Below, piece after piece: positions 1-9,950 of a stretch of 64,000 bases of DNA. Within the stretch, counting starts at the first letter, position 1. The number at the start of each line of letters is the position of its first letter. The notes beneath the pieces were generated by a model. It was not told where the DNA came from and searched no databases. It was given only the letters and a program-made list of their open reading frames with translations. This stretch comes from an uncultured Flavobacteriales bacterium. Its GTDB lineage: Bacteria; Bacteroidota; Bacteroidia; Flavobacteriales_D; JABDKJ01. A program made the translations under genes and the position numbers. The stretch spans positions 16,394 through 80,393 of the forward strand of contig CAZSQZ010000009.1 of the NCBI GenBank assembly GCA_964609215.1. Direction: 5' to 3'.

Positions 1-2
1 AA

Positions 3-359
3 TGGGTTAGTATCGGAGAGATTGATGGAGCTGGAACTTCAAACCAAAACGACTACCAATTTCAAGCGGGCCCTATATCCGGCTTGAATAGATTTAGGGT
101 TATTCAGAAGAACTTTGAGGGAAAGGTTAGAAAAAGCCCAGAGGTGAGTTTCACTTCTGATTTAAAGCCTGTTACTTTTAAATACAACAGAAAATCGCAA
201 ACCATTGAATTCTCAAATAAAACCAGTTTTGAAGTATTCAATGAACAGGGTCAGATTGTTAAGAGAGGTTATGATTCAACAATAGATGTTTCTGGTTTAA
301 GAAAGAATCTATATTATTTGGCTTACGATAATTTGGATGATAAATTCCAAAAGAAGTAG
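3..359 (+). CDS. 3' end of a gene entering from the left edge; hypothetical protein
   Basis: Frame 3 is open from nt 3 to the stop at 357-359. The ORF track reports only the part after an internal codon (84..359). No catalytic motif recognised. Confidence 0.45.
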   Translation, partial: WVSIGEIDGAGTSNQNDYQFQAGPISGLNRFRVIQKNFEGKVRKSPEVSFTSDLKPVTFKYNRKSQTIEFSNKTSFEVFNEQGQIVKRGYDSTIDVSGLRKNLYYLAYDNLDDKFQKK

Positions 360-368
360 CCAGTAGAT

Positions 369-1010
369 TTGAATAAATTCGAAATTGAAATACCAGTAAC
401 TATTAGGTATTTCACCCACGGAAAACTCAGCTCCAGCACAAAATTCATTTGGATAGCTTGTCACGGCTATGGTCAACTGGCTCAATATTTTATTAAAAAA
501 TTCGAAGTTTTAGATGAGCATGAGCACTTTGTAATTGCACCAGAAGGAATGAATCGTTTCTATCTTAATGGTTTTTCAGGAAGGGTTGGAGCTACATGGA
601 TGACTAAAGAGGATAGAGAAACTGATATTGCTAATTATTGCAGGCAACTAAACGCAATTCTTCATTCCATACCTAAAGAGCAAAGGGAACATATAAGGTT
701 AAATTTATTTGGCTTTTCTCAAGGCACAGCTACCATTTCCAGATGGATGGAAAAAGAGAATATCAAATGTGAGAATCTGATTTTATGGGCTGGGAAACTA
801 GCACATGAAGTAGAACTTAAAAAATTTAGATCCCAATTCAATAAAGGATATTTTTTATTGGGCTCTGAAGATGAATTTTCTTCCGAAGAAGATATCCGTA
901 AATATTTGAGCTCAATTTCAGAATTCGGTGTGAATTTGTCATTTATACCTTACAAGGGTAATCATGCAGTTGATTCTGAGTTATTAAGGGAAATTTCATC
1001 TAACTTCTGA
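369..1010 (+). CDS. alpha/beta-hydrolase fold esterase (phospholipase/carboxylesterase-like)
   Basis: GFSQGTA nucleophile elbow (G-x-S-x-G). Length and layout are typical of small serine esterases. TTG start. Confidence 0.7.
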   Translation: MNKFEIEIPVTIRYFTHGKLSSSTKFIWIACHGYGQLAQYFIKKFEVLDEHEHFVIAPEGMNRFYLNGFSGRVGATWMTKEDRETDIANYCRQLNAILHSIPKEQREHIRLNLFGFSQGTATISRWMEKENIKCENLILWAGKLAHEVELKKFRSQFNKGYFLLGSEDEFSSEEDIRKYLSSISEFGVNLSFIPYKGNHAVDSELLREISSNF

Positions 1011-1114
1011 TTTGGAATTCCATTATTACACAGTTATAATCTCTAATTCTTGAATTCTAATTTGAACAAATTAGTGTGTTTATAGGTATATTTATCACCT
1101 TATATCAGAAAATT

Positions 1115-2890
1115 ATGAAATCAATCTTTAGCGTTCTTTTTTCAATTCTCGCATGCAGTTCAATGATTCATGCGCAATCTATAACACCTCCCAATTTTTC
1201 AACACCCGAGGAATTGAGTCAGGAAGTGATTCCAGTAGATGGAATACTTGACGGGATAACTGATCCTCCAGACTTCGATGTTAGACCAATGGCAGAGTGG
1301 GAAGAAATCCAAAGTTTAATCATTACTTGGGCTGGATTCAATAGTATCAATAAGAACATTGCAAGATATGCTAAAGAAGAATGTGAGGTTATTATTTTAA
1401 CCGATAATCCTTCTTCAACTCAAAATTATTTAATGGGAAATTCTGGTGGTGGACCTTTGAACAATATGGACAATATTACCTTGATAGATTCCAATTATGA
1501 TTCTATTTGGGGAAGAGATTACGGTGGGAATACCTGTTATAAAAATGATGTTGAAGAACCAATTTTAGTAGATTGGATTTATAACCGTGTAAGACCTAAT
1601 GATGATGTGACGCCTGCGCTTATTGCTAATTATAAGGGTATCGATTTATATGAAACTACTGAACCACCTTATGATATGATGGCTACTGGTGGTAATTTTA
1701 TGTCAGATGGTGTACATACGGCTTTTTCTTCTGAACTTATCTTAGACGAGAATCAAGGAGGTTTTTTCAATGGCTTGAATCATCCTACGCATACTGAAGA
1801 GGAAATTGATGACATCGTAGAACAATTTATGGGGATAGAGAACTATATTAAAATGGATAATCTCCCTTATGACCTTATTCATCATATAGACATGCACATG
1901 AAGATTCTGAATGAAGAAACTATTGTTGTAGGGCAGTATCCAACTGGTGTTTCGGATGGTCCGCAGATTGAAGCGAATATTGATTATGTGCTTTCTAATT
2001 TCACCACTTCTTTTGGTACTCCTTACAAGGTTGAACGAGTAATTCAACCACCTGAGAGTGGCGATTATCCGGGAGGACCTTTTGGAAACGGAGATTATAG
2101 AACCTATACGAATTTGGTTTTTGTAAACAAGACGGTTATTGTTCCTGTTTATGAAGCGCAATTTGATAATCAAGCCTTAGAAACCTTAACGGAATTACTT
2201 CCCGGTTACAATATTGAAACGATTAATTGTAATAATATAATTCCTTTAAGTGGAGCTATTCATTGCATTACAAAAGCAGTAGGTGTAGACGATCCTCTTT
2301 GGATAGGGCATGATCCTGTTGATGATACTTTTGTTGAACTTGAAGATCAAACAATTCAGGCTATAGTAAAGCATAAAGATGGAATTGAGGCAGTGAAATT
2401 ATTTTACAAAACAGATTTGGCGGGTTCATATACGGAGATCCCGATGACTCTGGTAGATGCAGATGAATCAATTTACGAAGCAACAATACCAGGTCAATTA
2501 TTTGGTACACAAGTGTTTTATTATATTAATGGAGAAGCTACTACAGGAAAAACAATTAATCGTCCAATGCCCGCTCCTGAAGGATATTTTTCTTTTGAGT
2601 TCATTGGAACTGTTGGATTATCTGAATTAGATCAAGATGTGTTTGAATCTATTTATCCAAATCCTGCAAATGCCATAACTGTGGTTCCGTTAAATATTCC
2701 TAGTGCTTTGAGCGGAAGATTGTATGTTGTTAATTCTTTAGGTCAGCTTATTGAAGAATTGCACAATGGTAGCTTTAGTCCAGGATTGCAAAAGTATTTC
2801 CTGAATGCAGCAAATTATTCTACTGGTGTTTATAACGTAATTTTTGAGTCCGATGGTTACGTGTCAACTCAGAAATTGGTGGTAAGATAA
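1115..2890 (+). CDS. agmatine deiminase / Porphyromonas-type peptidyl-arginine deiminase family protein with T9SS C-terminal sorting domain
   Basis: GGNFMSDG and the GAIHCITKAV catalytic-Cys motif of the guanidino-modifying (PAD_porph/AguA) family. The signal peptide MKSIFSVLFSILACSSMIHAQ starts at ATG 1115 (the ORF track starts at 1076). The C-terminus IYPNPANAITVV...VYNVIFESDGYVSTQKLVV is T9SS-CTD-like. Confidence 0.75.
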   Translation: MKSIFSVLFSILACSSMIHAQSITPPNFSTPEELSQEVIPVDGILDGITDPPDFDVRPMAEWEEIQSLIITWAGFNSINKNIARYAKEECEVIILTDNPSSTQNYLMGNSGGGPLNNMDNITLIDSNYDSIWGRDYGGNTCYKNDVEEPILVDWIYNRVRPNDDVTPALIANYKGIDLYETTEPPYDMMATGGNFMSDGVHTAFSSELILDENQGGFFNGLNHPTHTEEEIDDIVEQFMGIENYIKMDNLPYDLIHHIDMHMKILNEETIVVGQYPTGVSDGPQIEANIDYVLSNFTTSFGTPYKVERVIQPPESGDYPGGPFGNGDYRTYTNLVFVNKTVIVPVYEAQFDNQALETLTELLPGYNIETINCNNIIPLSGAIHCITKAVGVDDPLWIGHDPVDDTFVELEDQTIQAIVKHKDGIEAVKLFYKTDLAGSYTEIPMTLVDADESIYEATIPGQLFGTQVFYYINGEATTGKTINRPMPAPEGYFSFEFIGTVGLSELDQDVFESIYPNPANAITVVPLNIPSALSGRLYVVNSLGQLIEELHNGSFSPGLQKYFLNAANYSTGVYNVIFESDGYVSTQKLVVR

Positions 2891-2906
2891 ATAGAAGAGA
2901 TTAAGT

Positions 2907-2939
2907 AAAAAAAGGAGAGCAATTTGCACTCCTTTTTTT
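2907..2939. terminator. bidirectional rho-independent terminator between convergent genes
   Basis: A-run, then GGAGAGCA-att-TGCACTCC (8-bp stem with 1 mismatch), then a T7 run. Confidence 0.6.
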
Positions 2940-2957
2940 GTTTAAGGTGAACGGTAA

Positions 2958-5438
2958 TTATAATTTCATCAGCTTACGATGGGCTTTTTTGCCATCTTTT
3001 TCGAATACAAATAAATATACACCACTTGCCCATTTTGATATTTCAAAGGGGGTTACTTCAGTATTTAATTCTCTCTCTTCTATAAGCATTCCCTGCAAGT
3101 CAAAAACTTTAAGGTTGATATCGGTTAAATCTGATATTTCGATTATTACTTGATCAATTGCAGGGTTTGGAAAGAAATTAATTTTGTTTTCTATGTCTAT
3201 TCCTTCTATGCCAATAATTGGAACTGAATCTGCAGAAATACAGATTTCAAATTCCCCTGCCTCATTGCTTCCTCCATTCCAAAATTGAATGAGATAATCA
3301 GTGTTTTCATTTAAGTTAGTTAACTCAACTAGGGCTAAAGAATCAAGATCATTTTCACAGATCATTTCTAAACTGTCGCAAGTCTCATAAACAGCAAATG
3401 AGGCATTGCTTGCAGTGATAAGATTTATATCGACACTTACGCTAGTATTTGAGCCTGTATTAAAGGAGTACCAGACGTCTTGAATAATGCCAAATTGGTC
3501 GCAAACAGGATTGTTCAAATTTGTACTGGCGCATGCATTGGATCCTATAACGTATGAGCATGAATCTGATTGACTTAGTGCAATGATTTCAGCTGTGGAA
3601 CACGTTTGGTTATTTGGAATAGGTAAGCATGGCTCCATACAAGTTATTTCCATGTTGAATGTTCCAACACTAAATTCATTAAAGCCATGAACCAGTATGT
3701 AATAATCAATTCCACCGGTAGTATTCCATGTTGCGATCGAAGAGAATCCACTACAATCTAAACCGTCTGGACCAACTGCATCATCATTTGCAACAACGCA
3801 ACTAAGGTTTGAACAAGAGCCTTCATAGACTGAAATTTTTGTATCGTAATCTGCAATATTGCAGGTACTAGCGATGAACTGCCCACCAGTGCCTACAATA
3901 TGATACCATATACCAGGAGCAACTACAGTCACAGCGCCACAATCTGGAGCATCCGGACTATCCACGCTGGCAAAAGTTGTAATTCCACTTACAATAGTAT
4001 CGCATTCCAATTCTATTGCATCTGTGCATATGTCATTTATTGGAGGTGTATCTCCAGTTGTGAAATTCAATACTAACGAGGTGTCGCTAATACCATCAGT
4101 ACCACAATCTTGCAGTATATAGGCAGAATAGTTTGTTATTGGATCTAAACCTGAAATGGTATATGAAGGACCATCAGTACCTGTTATTCCGGTGATCATT
4201 GTACCATTGCCGGGAACAAAACCACCAAGACCATATTCTATAATGAAATTCGTTCCTGGTGTTGCAGGTGACCAATCTAAAATTGCTTCAGAATCACTAA
4301 CATCAGTTAAAACTAAAGAAGGCTCAGGACATGAAATACATGAGAGAGTTAAGTGAAATTCTCCTACACTACCTCCAAATCCATGCACGAGAATAAAATA
4401 TTCTTCTCCGAGATTTGATTGCCAAGAAAAAGTAGATGTATTCCCTTGGCAGGGAAAAGAATCATCAACTCCACCAACACAGTTCAATGAATCGCACGAG
4501 CCTGAGAATACGCTTATTTTAGTATCAAAATCTGCTGAATCACAAGTTGATGCTTCTAACAAGGATCCATCACCAACAACTGAATACCATATTCCGGGTG
4601 AGTCAATAGGCGTTCCACAGTTTTCACCATTTAAGGAAACATTGGCAAATTCCGTACTCCCGTTAACAGTAGCTCCACAGTTTAATGGAACCGAACCTGT
4701 GCATAGATCATTTGCAGGAGCTGGTAAAGAATCTGTACTGAAGTTTATTGGGCCAAGAAGATTGGATAAGGAAGAATCTGGACATGTCTCAAAAATATAT
4801 GCTTGATAGTCGGTGTCTATGTTAAGGCCGGTAATATTTACTGTAGCATTTGTACTACTCTGAAAAGTGCCTGTTCCTAAGGGAAAGCCAGCTAAGCCAT
4901 ATTCTATTGTTGCTTCATTCGTTGGCATGCTACTATTCCAAGATATTTGTGCTGCATCAACAGTAGTGAGATCAACTACTGGGTCTGTAATTCCAGGGCA
5001 AATATTAAATAGTAATCTCCAATTAAATGGATCTGATTCCCAATTATCGTCCCATTCTATATAATAGGTAATGCCGGGTTCTACGGCAAATTCTGCAATC
5101 GATGAAAAATTAGTGCCCACTCCACAACCATCATCACCTTGAGCAATTAAACTTAGATTATTACAATCTCCGCTATATGCCCAAAATCTGGTGTCAGGGC
5201 CGTTCTGATCTTCGCATGATGTAACGGTGGCAAATCCTATTTCAGGCACCGTAAAAGTATACCAATCTGCATTTACGGCATTAGAAGAACAATTAAAACA
5301 TCCCATTCCACTTGATGGTCCATCTGCACTAAATGAGTTATTTACGGTTGCTATTTCTGCAGTTGCACAGGTTTCTCCCTGCCCGAAAATTTGAATTGAA
5401 AAAATAAGAAAAGCTAAAATGGAGGAGCAATTTTTCAT
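2958..5438 (-). CDS. large secreted repeat protein with T9SS C-terminal sorting domain
   Basis: Signal peptide. Three copies of a Cys-rich ~150-aa module (…PGIWY…TC…DTKISV(F/Y)(S/E)GSC..L.CV..(D/N)D…ILVHGF…). Two FN3-like modules (…IEYGL(A/G)GF..G.G…). C-terminus FFPNPAIDQVIIEI…GVYLFVFEKDGK matches a T9SS CTD. Confidence 0.7.
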   Translation of the reverse strand: MKNCSSILAFLIFSIQIFGQGETCATAEIATVNNSFSADGPSSGMGCFNCSSNAVNADWYTFTVPEIGFATVTSCEDQNGPDTRFWAYSGDCNNLSLIAQGDDGCGVGTNFSSIAEFAVEPGITYYIEWDDNWESDPFNWRLLFNICPGITDPVVDLTTVDAAQISWNSSMPTNEATIEYGLAGFPLGTGTFQSSTNATVNITGLNIDTDYQAYIFETCPDSSLSNLLGPINFSTDSLPAPANDLCTGSVPLNCGATVNGSTEFANVSLNGENCGTPIDSPGIWYSVVGDGSLLEASTCDSADFDTKISVFSGSCDSLNCVGGVDDSFPCQGNTSTFSWQSNLGEEYFILVHGFGGSVGEFHLTLSCISCPEPSLVLTDVSDSEAILDWSPATPGTNFIIEYGLGGFVPGNGTMITGITGTDGPSYTISGLDPITNYSAYILQDCGTDGISDTSLVLNFTTGDTPPINDICTDAIELECDTIVSGITTFASVDSPDAPDCGAVTVVAPGIWYHIVGTGGQFIASTCNIADYDTKISVYEGSCSNLSCVVANDDAVGPDGLDCSGFSSIATWNTTGGIDYYILVHGFNEFSVGTFNMEITCMEPCLPIPNNQTCSTAEIIALSQSDSCSYVIGSNACASTNLNNPVCDQFGIIQDVWYSFNTGSNTSVSVDINLITASNASFAVYETCDSLEMICENDLDSLALVELTNLNENTDYLIQFWNGGSNEAGEFEICISADSVPIIGIEGIDIENKINFFPNPAIDQVIIEISDLTDINLKVFDLQGMLIEERELNTEVTPFEISKWASGVYLFVFEKDGKKAHRKLMKL

Positions 5439-5526
5439 AATAATACTTAATCATTGAAAATTACTTCAATTGTATTATTAGCGAGAAGAAGTAAAATTTA
5501 TGTGTCCACTTTATAAAGTGAATAAT

Positions 5527-6243
5527 CTATTTCTTGCTTTGGGGAAGGAAGTAGCGGAAATCAGCAGTTAGGTAACCACCATTCAATTCGGTGACATAAT
5601 CAAATATTTCCGATTGCTTTCTATAATTCAACTGAGTGAATGCAATATTTTCAAAAGGGTTATGAAAGGTAACACCTAAATAGAAGAAACCACTTTTTTC
5701 TGTTCTATATTCAAATCCGATATTTGCTTTTAAAGAAGGTTGAATCCATTTTCTATAAAGAGTTACTTGACTAAACTCCTCCCCAGTGCTAGCTACATCG
5801 CTTGCATACATATCTAATGAAATACCTAAAGAATTATTGAGATATAAATTCTCTCCCATTTGAACGTAAAAAAGAGCTGTAATTGGTATCTCATAGTTTA
5901 CCAAACCAACATCGGAACCGGTGGTAAAGGTTGAATCCAAATCGGTTAATTTAAAATCGAAATTTCTTCTAACATAGCTAATGCCAGTTTCAAAAGAGAA
6001 CTTTTTGGAAAGACTTTTTCTGACAACCGCTCCCCATGAATATCCGAACTTAGGATCAACATTTATTCTGGCAAAACCTTCCGTAAACTCAAAAGAACCA
6101 CTATTGGTTATATCCGTGGGAATTATAGGTTTAAATTGAACACCTATTGTCAGCCCATCTTGCGCATAAGTTGCAGAGCAAAACAAACTGATTAGAACTG
6201 CTATGAATAGGTATTTAATCTTCAAATAAAAATATTTATGCAA
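5527..6243 (-). CDS. outer-membrane beta-barrel (porin-family) protein
   Basis: Signal peptide, an alternating amphipathic beta-strand pattern, and a C-terminal aromatic residue context. Confidence 0.55.
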   Translation of the reverse strand: MHKYFYLKIKYLFIAVLISLFCSATYAQDGLTIGVQFKPIIPTDITNSGSFEFTEGFARINVDPKFGYSWGAVVRKSLSKKFSFETGISYVRRNFDFKLTDLDSTFTTGSDVGLVNYEIPITALFYVQMGENLYLNNSLGISLDMYASDVASTGEEFSQVTLYRKWIQPSLKANIGFEYRTEKSGFFYLGVTFHNPFENIAFTQLNYRKQSEIFDYVTELNGGYLTADFRYFLPQSKK

Positions 6244-6289
6244 ATATCCTTATAAATTACGATTCTTCCAGAGTCTTATTGTCTAAAAA

Positions 6290-7438
6290 TCAATCAAACT
6301 TTATCATTAAACGTTGTCCTTTTCTTAAATAAGCACGTCTATTTAAGCCATTATCCGCGCATAAATCCATGAGATCAATACCATATAATTGAGAAATATA
6401 GGATAGATTTTCTCCATTTTGCACAAAGTGGAGGCGAACTCCTTTGGGATATGCGGTATAACCCCATTTTGATTTTTTAAGAACTATTGTATCAGAATGC
6501 AATGTTTTATCCTTGAAAGAAATAATATGCGATGGATTTAAAGGAATACCTTTGAAACGCATTTCAAAATGTAGGTGACTTCCAGTAGATCTTCCGGAAC
6601 TTCCACCTAAACCGACTATATCTCCAGCTTCTACAATGTCCCCTGGTTTAACTTTGAAACGGTGCAGGTGTGCATAATAAGTCTCTAGTCCATTATAGTG
6701 CCTTACAACTACTAGTCTACCATAATTTCCATGATATTTGGCCAAACGCACAACACCCCCAAAACTTGCATGCACAGGATCCCAAACTTCTAGATCAATA
6801 TCATAACCATTGTGGTTTCTTCCATCCCTATATCCATATTTAGATGTAATTACTCCATCAAATGGCATGTGAAAATCACAGTTCATGTTTTCGTTTTTTA
6901 ACTGAAGCATCACTGTAGTGTCATGCTGTGTTAAATTATAACTGTAGGGATTTGCGCTTTGTGTATTCCAGGTTTTATAAAAGTAGTTTGCCGGATAAGG
7001 GGAGTTATCATACGGAATCATGAAATCAAAATCGATCTCGTCTGCTGAAAATTCGTAATGTGCTATTTGAAAATTTATTTCATTAATTAAAGCATAAGGT
7101 ATTTGATCTAAAGTAAATAGAGAGTCCAATATGCTTTGAAGTTCTCCAGGTTTTTTTCTGTTTAAGCTTTTACAAAGTTTGACCGTTTTTTGAAAATCAA
7201 CTGAAATACTATCATGTTCCAGTATTTCGTTTAGATATTGATCAAAATGACTTTGGTAGTTTTCCCAACCACTTCCTAGAATCATGTCATTACCATACAT
7301 AACGACAGCAGTGGCTGTATCTCTTGCGGTTTTCTTATCACCCTTTTTGATCTTATTCCCATCACCACTTGCAGAAAGCAGACAAAACGAAAAAAGAAAA
7401 ACAAAAAGGAAAAACCCCTTATGCTTTGAAAGTGTCAA
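6290..7438 (-). CDS. M23 family metallopeptidase with C-terminal LysM domain
   Basis: HNGYDID … GSHLHFEMR M23 motifs. LysM-like segment NGENLSYISQLYGIDLMDLCADNGL. Confidence 0.8.
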   Translation of the reverse strand: MTLSKHKGFFLFVFLFSFCLLSASGDGNKIKKGDKKTARDTATAVVMYGNDMILGSGWENYQSHFDQYLNEILEHDSISVDFQKTVKLCKSLNRKKPGELQSILDSLFTLDQIPYALINEINFQIAHYEFSADEIDFDFMIPYDNSPYPANYFYKTWNTQSANPYSYNLTQHDTTVMLQLKNENMNCDFHMPFDGVITSKYGYRDGRNHNGYDIDLEVWDPVHASFGGVVRLAKYHGNYGRLVVVRHYNGLETYYAHLHRFKVKPGDIVEAGDIVGLGGSSGRSTGSHLHFEMRFKGIPLNPSHIISFKDKTLHSDTIVLKKSKWGYTAYPKGVRLHFVQNGENLSYISQLYGIDLMDLCADNGLNRRAYLRKGQRLMIKFD

Positions 7439-7594
7439 TTGTTAAGTTCTTGTATAAAGTCTTTAGGTTATACGCAAAAGAATAATTTTTAGATATAATA
7501 CAAAAACCTAAAACTTAACTATACAATTATACTTTTTAACAGGAATGTGTATAAGTTAAAAGTCTGGATTTATAAACAACTGAATATTAATTGC

Positions 7595-7957
7595 TTAGAC
7601 GGGATTTTTGAAATACCCATATATAGCTAAAGCAATAACGGAAATACTTAATAGTATTAAGAAATATCTAAAAACGGGGTCTCCTATGAATGGCCTTCTG
7701 AACTTTCCAATAGCTATATTATTTAGTTCTGTAGCTTTCTCCATGTCCTTTCTGTGGATGCCATAAAGCTCTCTTTTCACCAAATCTTCACTGCTGTGAT
7801 GTTCAAATTCTATGCTGTTATTCTTTAATAGTTCTTCGAAATACTTCGCCATTTTTATATCCGAATAGAAAAAGACCCAATAGGATTTGTTGGTTGGGTG
7901 GATATTGAAATTCCTAATTTTAAGTTTTGAGGAATCTGCCTGATCAAACTTGTTCAT
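7595..7957 (-). CDS. hypothetical protein with C-terminal TM helix
   Basis: ORF only. Hydrophobic C-terminus. A 4-nt overlap with the upstream gene suggests an operon. Confidence 0.4.
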   Translation of the reverse strand: MNKFDQADSSKLKIRNFNIHPTNKSYWVFFYSDIKMAKYFEELLKNNSIEFEHHSSEDLVKRELYGIHRKDMEKATELNNIAIGKFRRPFIGDPVFRYFLILLSISVIALAIYGYFKNPV

Positions 7958-8541
7958 TCTTCAATCCATTCTGTAATATACTCAATAGGCTTTCTTTGCC
8001 CTTTTGGCCATTCTCCTTTAGGATATCCAAGGTAGACTATTCCTATCATGTTGTCAGCTTCTTTAAGGCCTAAACGCTCTTTAAAACCATCGGTATGAAT
8101 AAAACCAGGGGTACTCCAAAATGAACCCAAACCATGCGCGGTTGCATGTAAAAGGATATTTTGAACAGCTGCAGCACAGGCAAAAAGTTCATCTTTTTCG
8201 TGAATCCTCTCTTCCTTAGGCCTTTCCATCCAAACCAGAATTGCAGCACTTGCATTTGCAGGACTACTTTTCATTTTATCTTCCTTTGCTTTTTTTCTGT
8301 CTTCTTCTTTTACTGCAAGATGGTACTCACTAACAAGTAAATCAGCCAGTTTTGCTAATCCATCTTCCATGTAGACTTTAAACCTCCACGGTTGGTTCAT
8401 ACCATGTGTTGGGGCCCAAATGGCAGAATTTAGAAGCTCTTCAATGATCTCTTTATGAACCTTTCGCTCGGAAAATTGGATGGGATAAATTGTTCTTCGA
8501 TCCTTTATTAGATCTCTAATCTCACTAAGATTGTATTTCAT
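7954..8541 (-). CDS. nitroreductase family protein
   Basis: Length and the RRT..P… / WAPTHGMNQPWRF pattern are typical of NAD(P)H-flavin nitroreductases. Confidence 0.7.
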   Translation of the reverse strand: MKYNLSEIRDLIKDRRTIYPIQFSERKVHKEIIEELLNSAIWAPTHGMNQPWRFKVYMEDGLAKLADLLVSEYHLAVKEEDRKKAKEDKMKSSPANASAAILVWMERPKEERIHEKDELFACAAAVQNILLHATAHGLGSFWSTPGFIHTDGFKERLGLKEADNMIGIVYLGYPKGEWPKGQRKPIEYITEWIEE

Positions 8542-8547
8542 CCAAAT

Positions 8548-9102
8548 CTATTTCCATTTTATATTGCAACCCATGCTAGGCATTTGTCTTTCTGGTATGT
8601 CCTTACCATTCAATACGCTATCAAGAGCTTCACGCATGTCTTTACCAGTTACGGGAATATCTTTACCCGGACGTGAATCATCTAAACGACCTCTATAAAC
8701 GCAGTTGTCATTCGAATCAAAAAGATCAAAATCAGGGGTGCAAACTGCATCATAGGCTCTGGCAACATCTTGTGTTTCATCATATAGATAAGGAAATGGA
8801 AAATTGAGTTGCTCTCCAAGTAGCTTCATTTTGTCAGGAGCATCATCAGGATAGTTGACTGCATCATTTGACGAAATAGCTATAAATCCTATTCCCTTAT
8901 CTTTATAATCGTTAGCTAATCTTACTAATTCTTCTCTGATATGAATTACATAGGGACAATGATTGCAAATAAACATTACCAATGTTCCTTTCTCACCTTT
9001 TAAATCTTGAAAAGAATAGTTATTCCCACTAATGGTGTCCAGTAAATTAAACTCGGGAGCTTTAAATCCTAATGGAATATTTAATGTTGGAGTTAATGCC
9101 AT
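8548..9102 (-). CDS. thioredoxin-fold thiol-disulfide oxidoreductase (AhpC/TSA-like)
   Basis: FICNHCPYV redox motif in a thioredoxin-fold-sized protein. Confidence 0.7.
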   Translation of the reverse strand: MALTPTLNIPLGFKAPEFNLLDTISGNNYSFQDLKGEKGTLVMFICNHCPYVIHIREELVRLANDYKDKGIGFIAISSNDAVNYPDDAPDKMKLLGEQLNFPFPYLYDETQDVARAYDAVCTPDFDLFDSNDNCVYRGRLDDSRPGKDIPVTGKDMREALDSVLNGKDIPERQMPSMGCNIKWK

Positions 9103-9188
9103 ATTTCTATTTTAAGTACAAAGATAATTCTTCCGTTTTGTAAATCAGTATAAATGATGTTTCTTAGTTGAGAGACAAAGAATAGATA

Positions 9189-9950
9189 ATGCAAAAGACA
9201 TTTATAATTACAGGTGCCGGAACGGGAATAGGAAAAGCAACAGCTCATAAATTAGCCAACGAAGGACATCGTTTAGTTTTATGTGGAAGAAGAGGTCATT
9301 TATTGACGGAGCTTGAATCGGAACTGAAAGGGGATGAACACATTACTCTAAGCTTGGATGTTTCAGATAAAAAGGCAGTGAAAGAAGCATACGATTCTAT
9401 TGGATTAAGCGATTTAAATTTGGCTGGAATTTTTGCGAATGCTGGAATAGGAGGAGAGAATGAATATGGGGATGATGATAGATGGGAACAAATTTTAAAT
9501 ATTAATTTATCTGGAACATATTATTCCATTATGGAGGCTATCCCGGCAATGAAAAAGGCAGAAGAGAAATTCAAACATATTTTAATTACTTCAAGTTGTT
9601 TGGCTAGGTTTGGAGTTCCATACTACACGGCTTACTGCGCTTCTAAAACAGGGTTGTTAGGTCTAACAAAAGCTCTGGCTATTGAATTAGCACCTTTTAA
9701 TATATTGGTAAATTCTATAACTCCAGGTTGGGTAGAAACTGAGATGGCTAAAGCTGGAATTCAAAAATTAGCAGACCATTCTAGTAAATCCTATGAAGAT
9801 GCATTTAGAGAGCAAATGGGATATGTTCCTTTAGGCAGAATGTCTGATCCAAATGAAATAGCCAGCTATGTTTCTTTTTTATTCTCGAATAAACAAACCT
9901 CAATTACTGGACAAGCGCTTGATATTAACAACGGAGCATTTATGATATGA
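9189..9950 (+). CDS. short-chain dehydrogenase/reductase (SDR)
   Basis: TGAGTGIGKA cofactor motif, NAG, YCASK catalytic motif. Confidence 0.85.
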   Translation: MQKTFIITGAGTGIGKATAHKLANEGHRLVLCGRRGHLLTELESELKGDEHITLSLDVSDKKAVKEAYDSIGLSDLNLAGIFANAGIGGENEYGDDDRWEQILNINLSGTYYSIMEAIPAMKKAEEKFKHILITSSCLARFGVPYYTAYCASKTGLLGLTKALAIELAPFNILVNSITPGWVETEMAKAGIQKLADHSSKSYEDAFREQMGYVPLGRMSDPNEIASYVSFLFSNKQTSITGQALDINNGAFMI

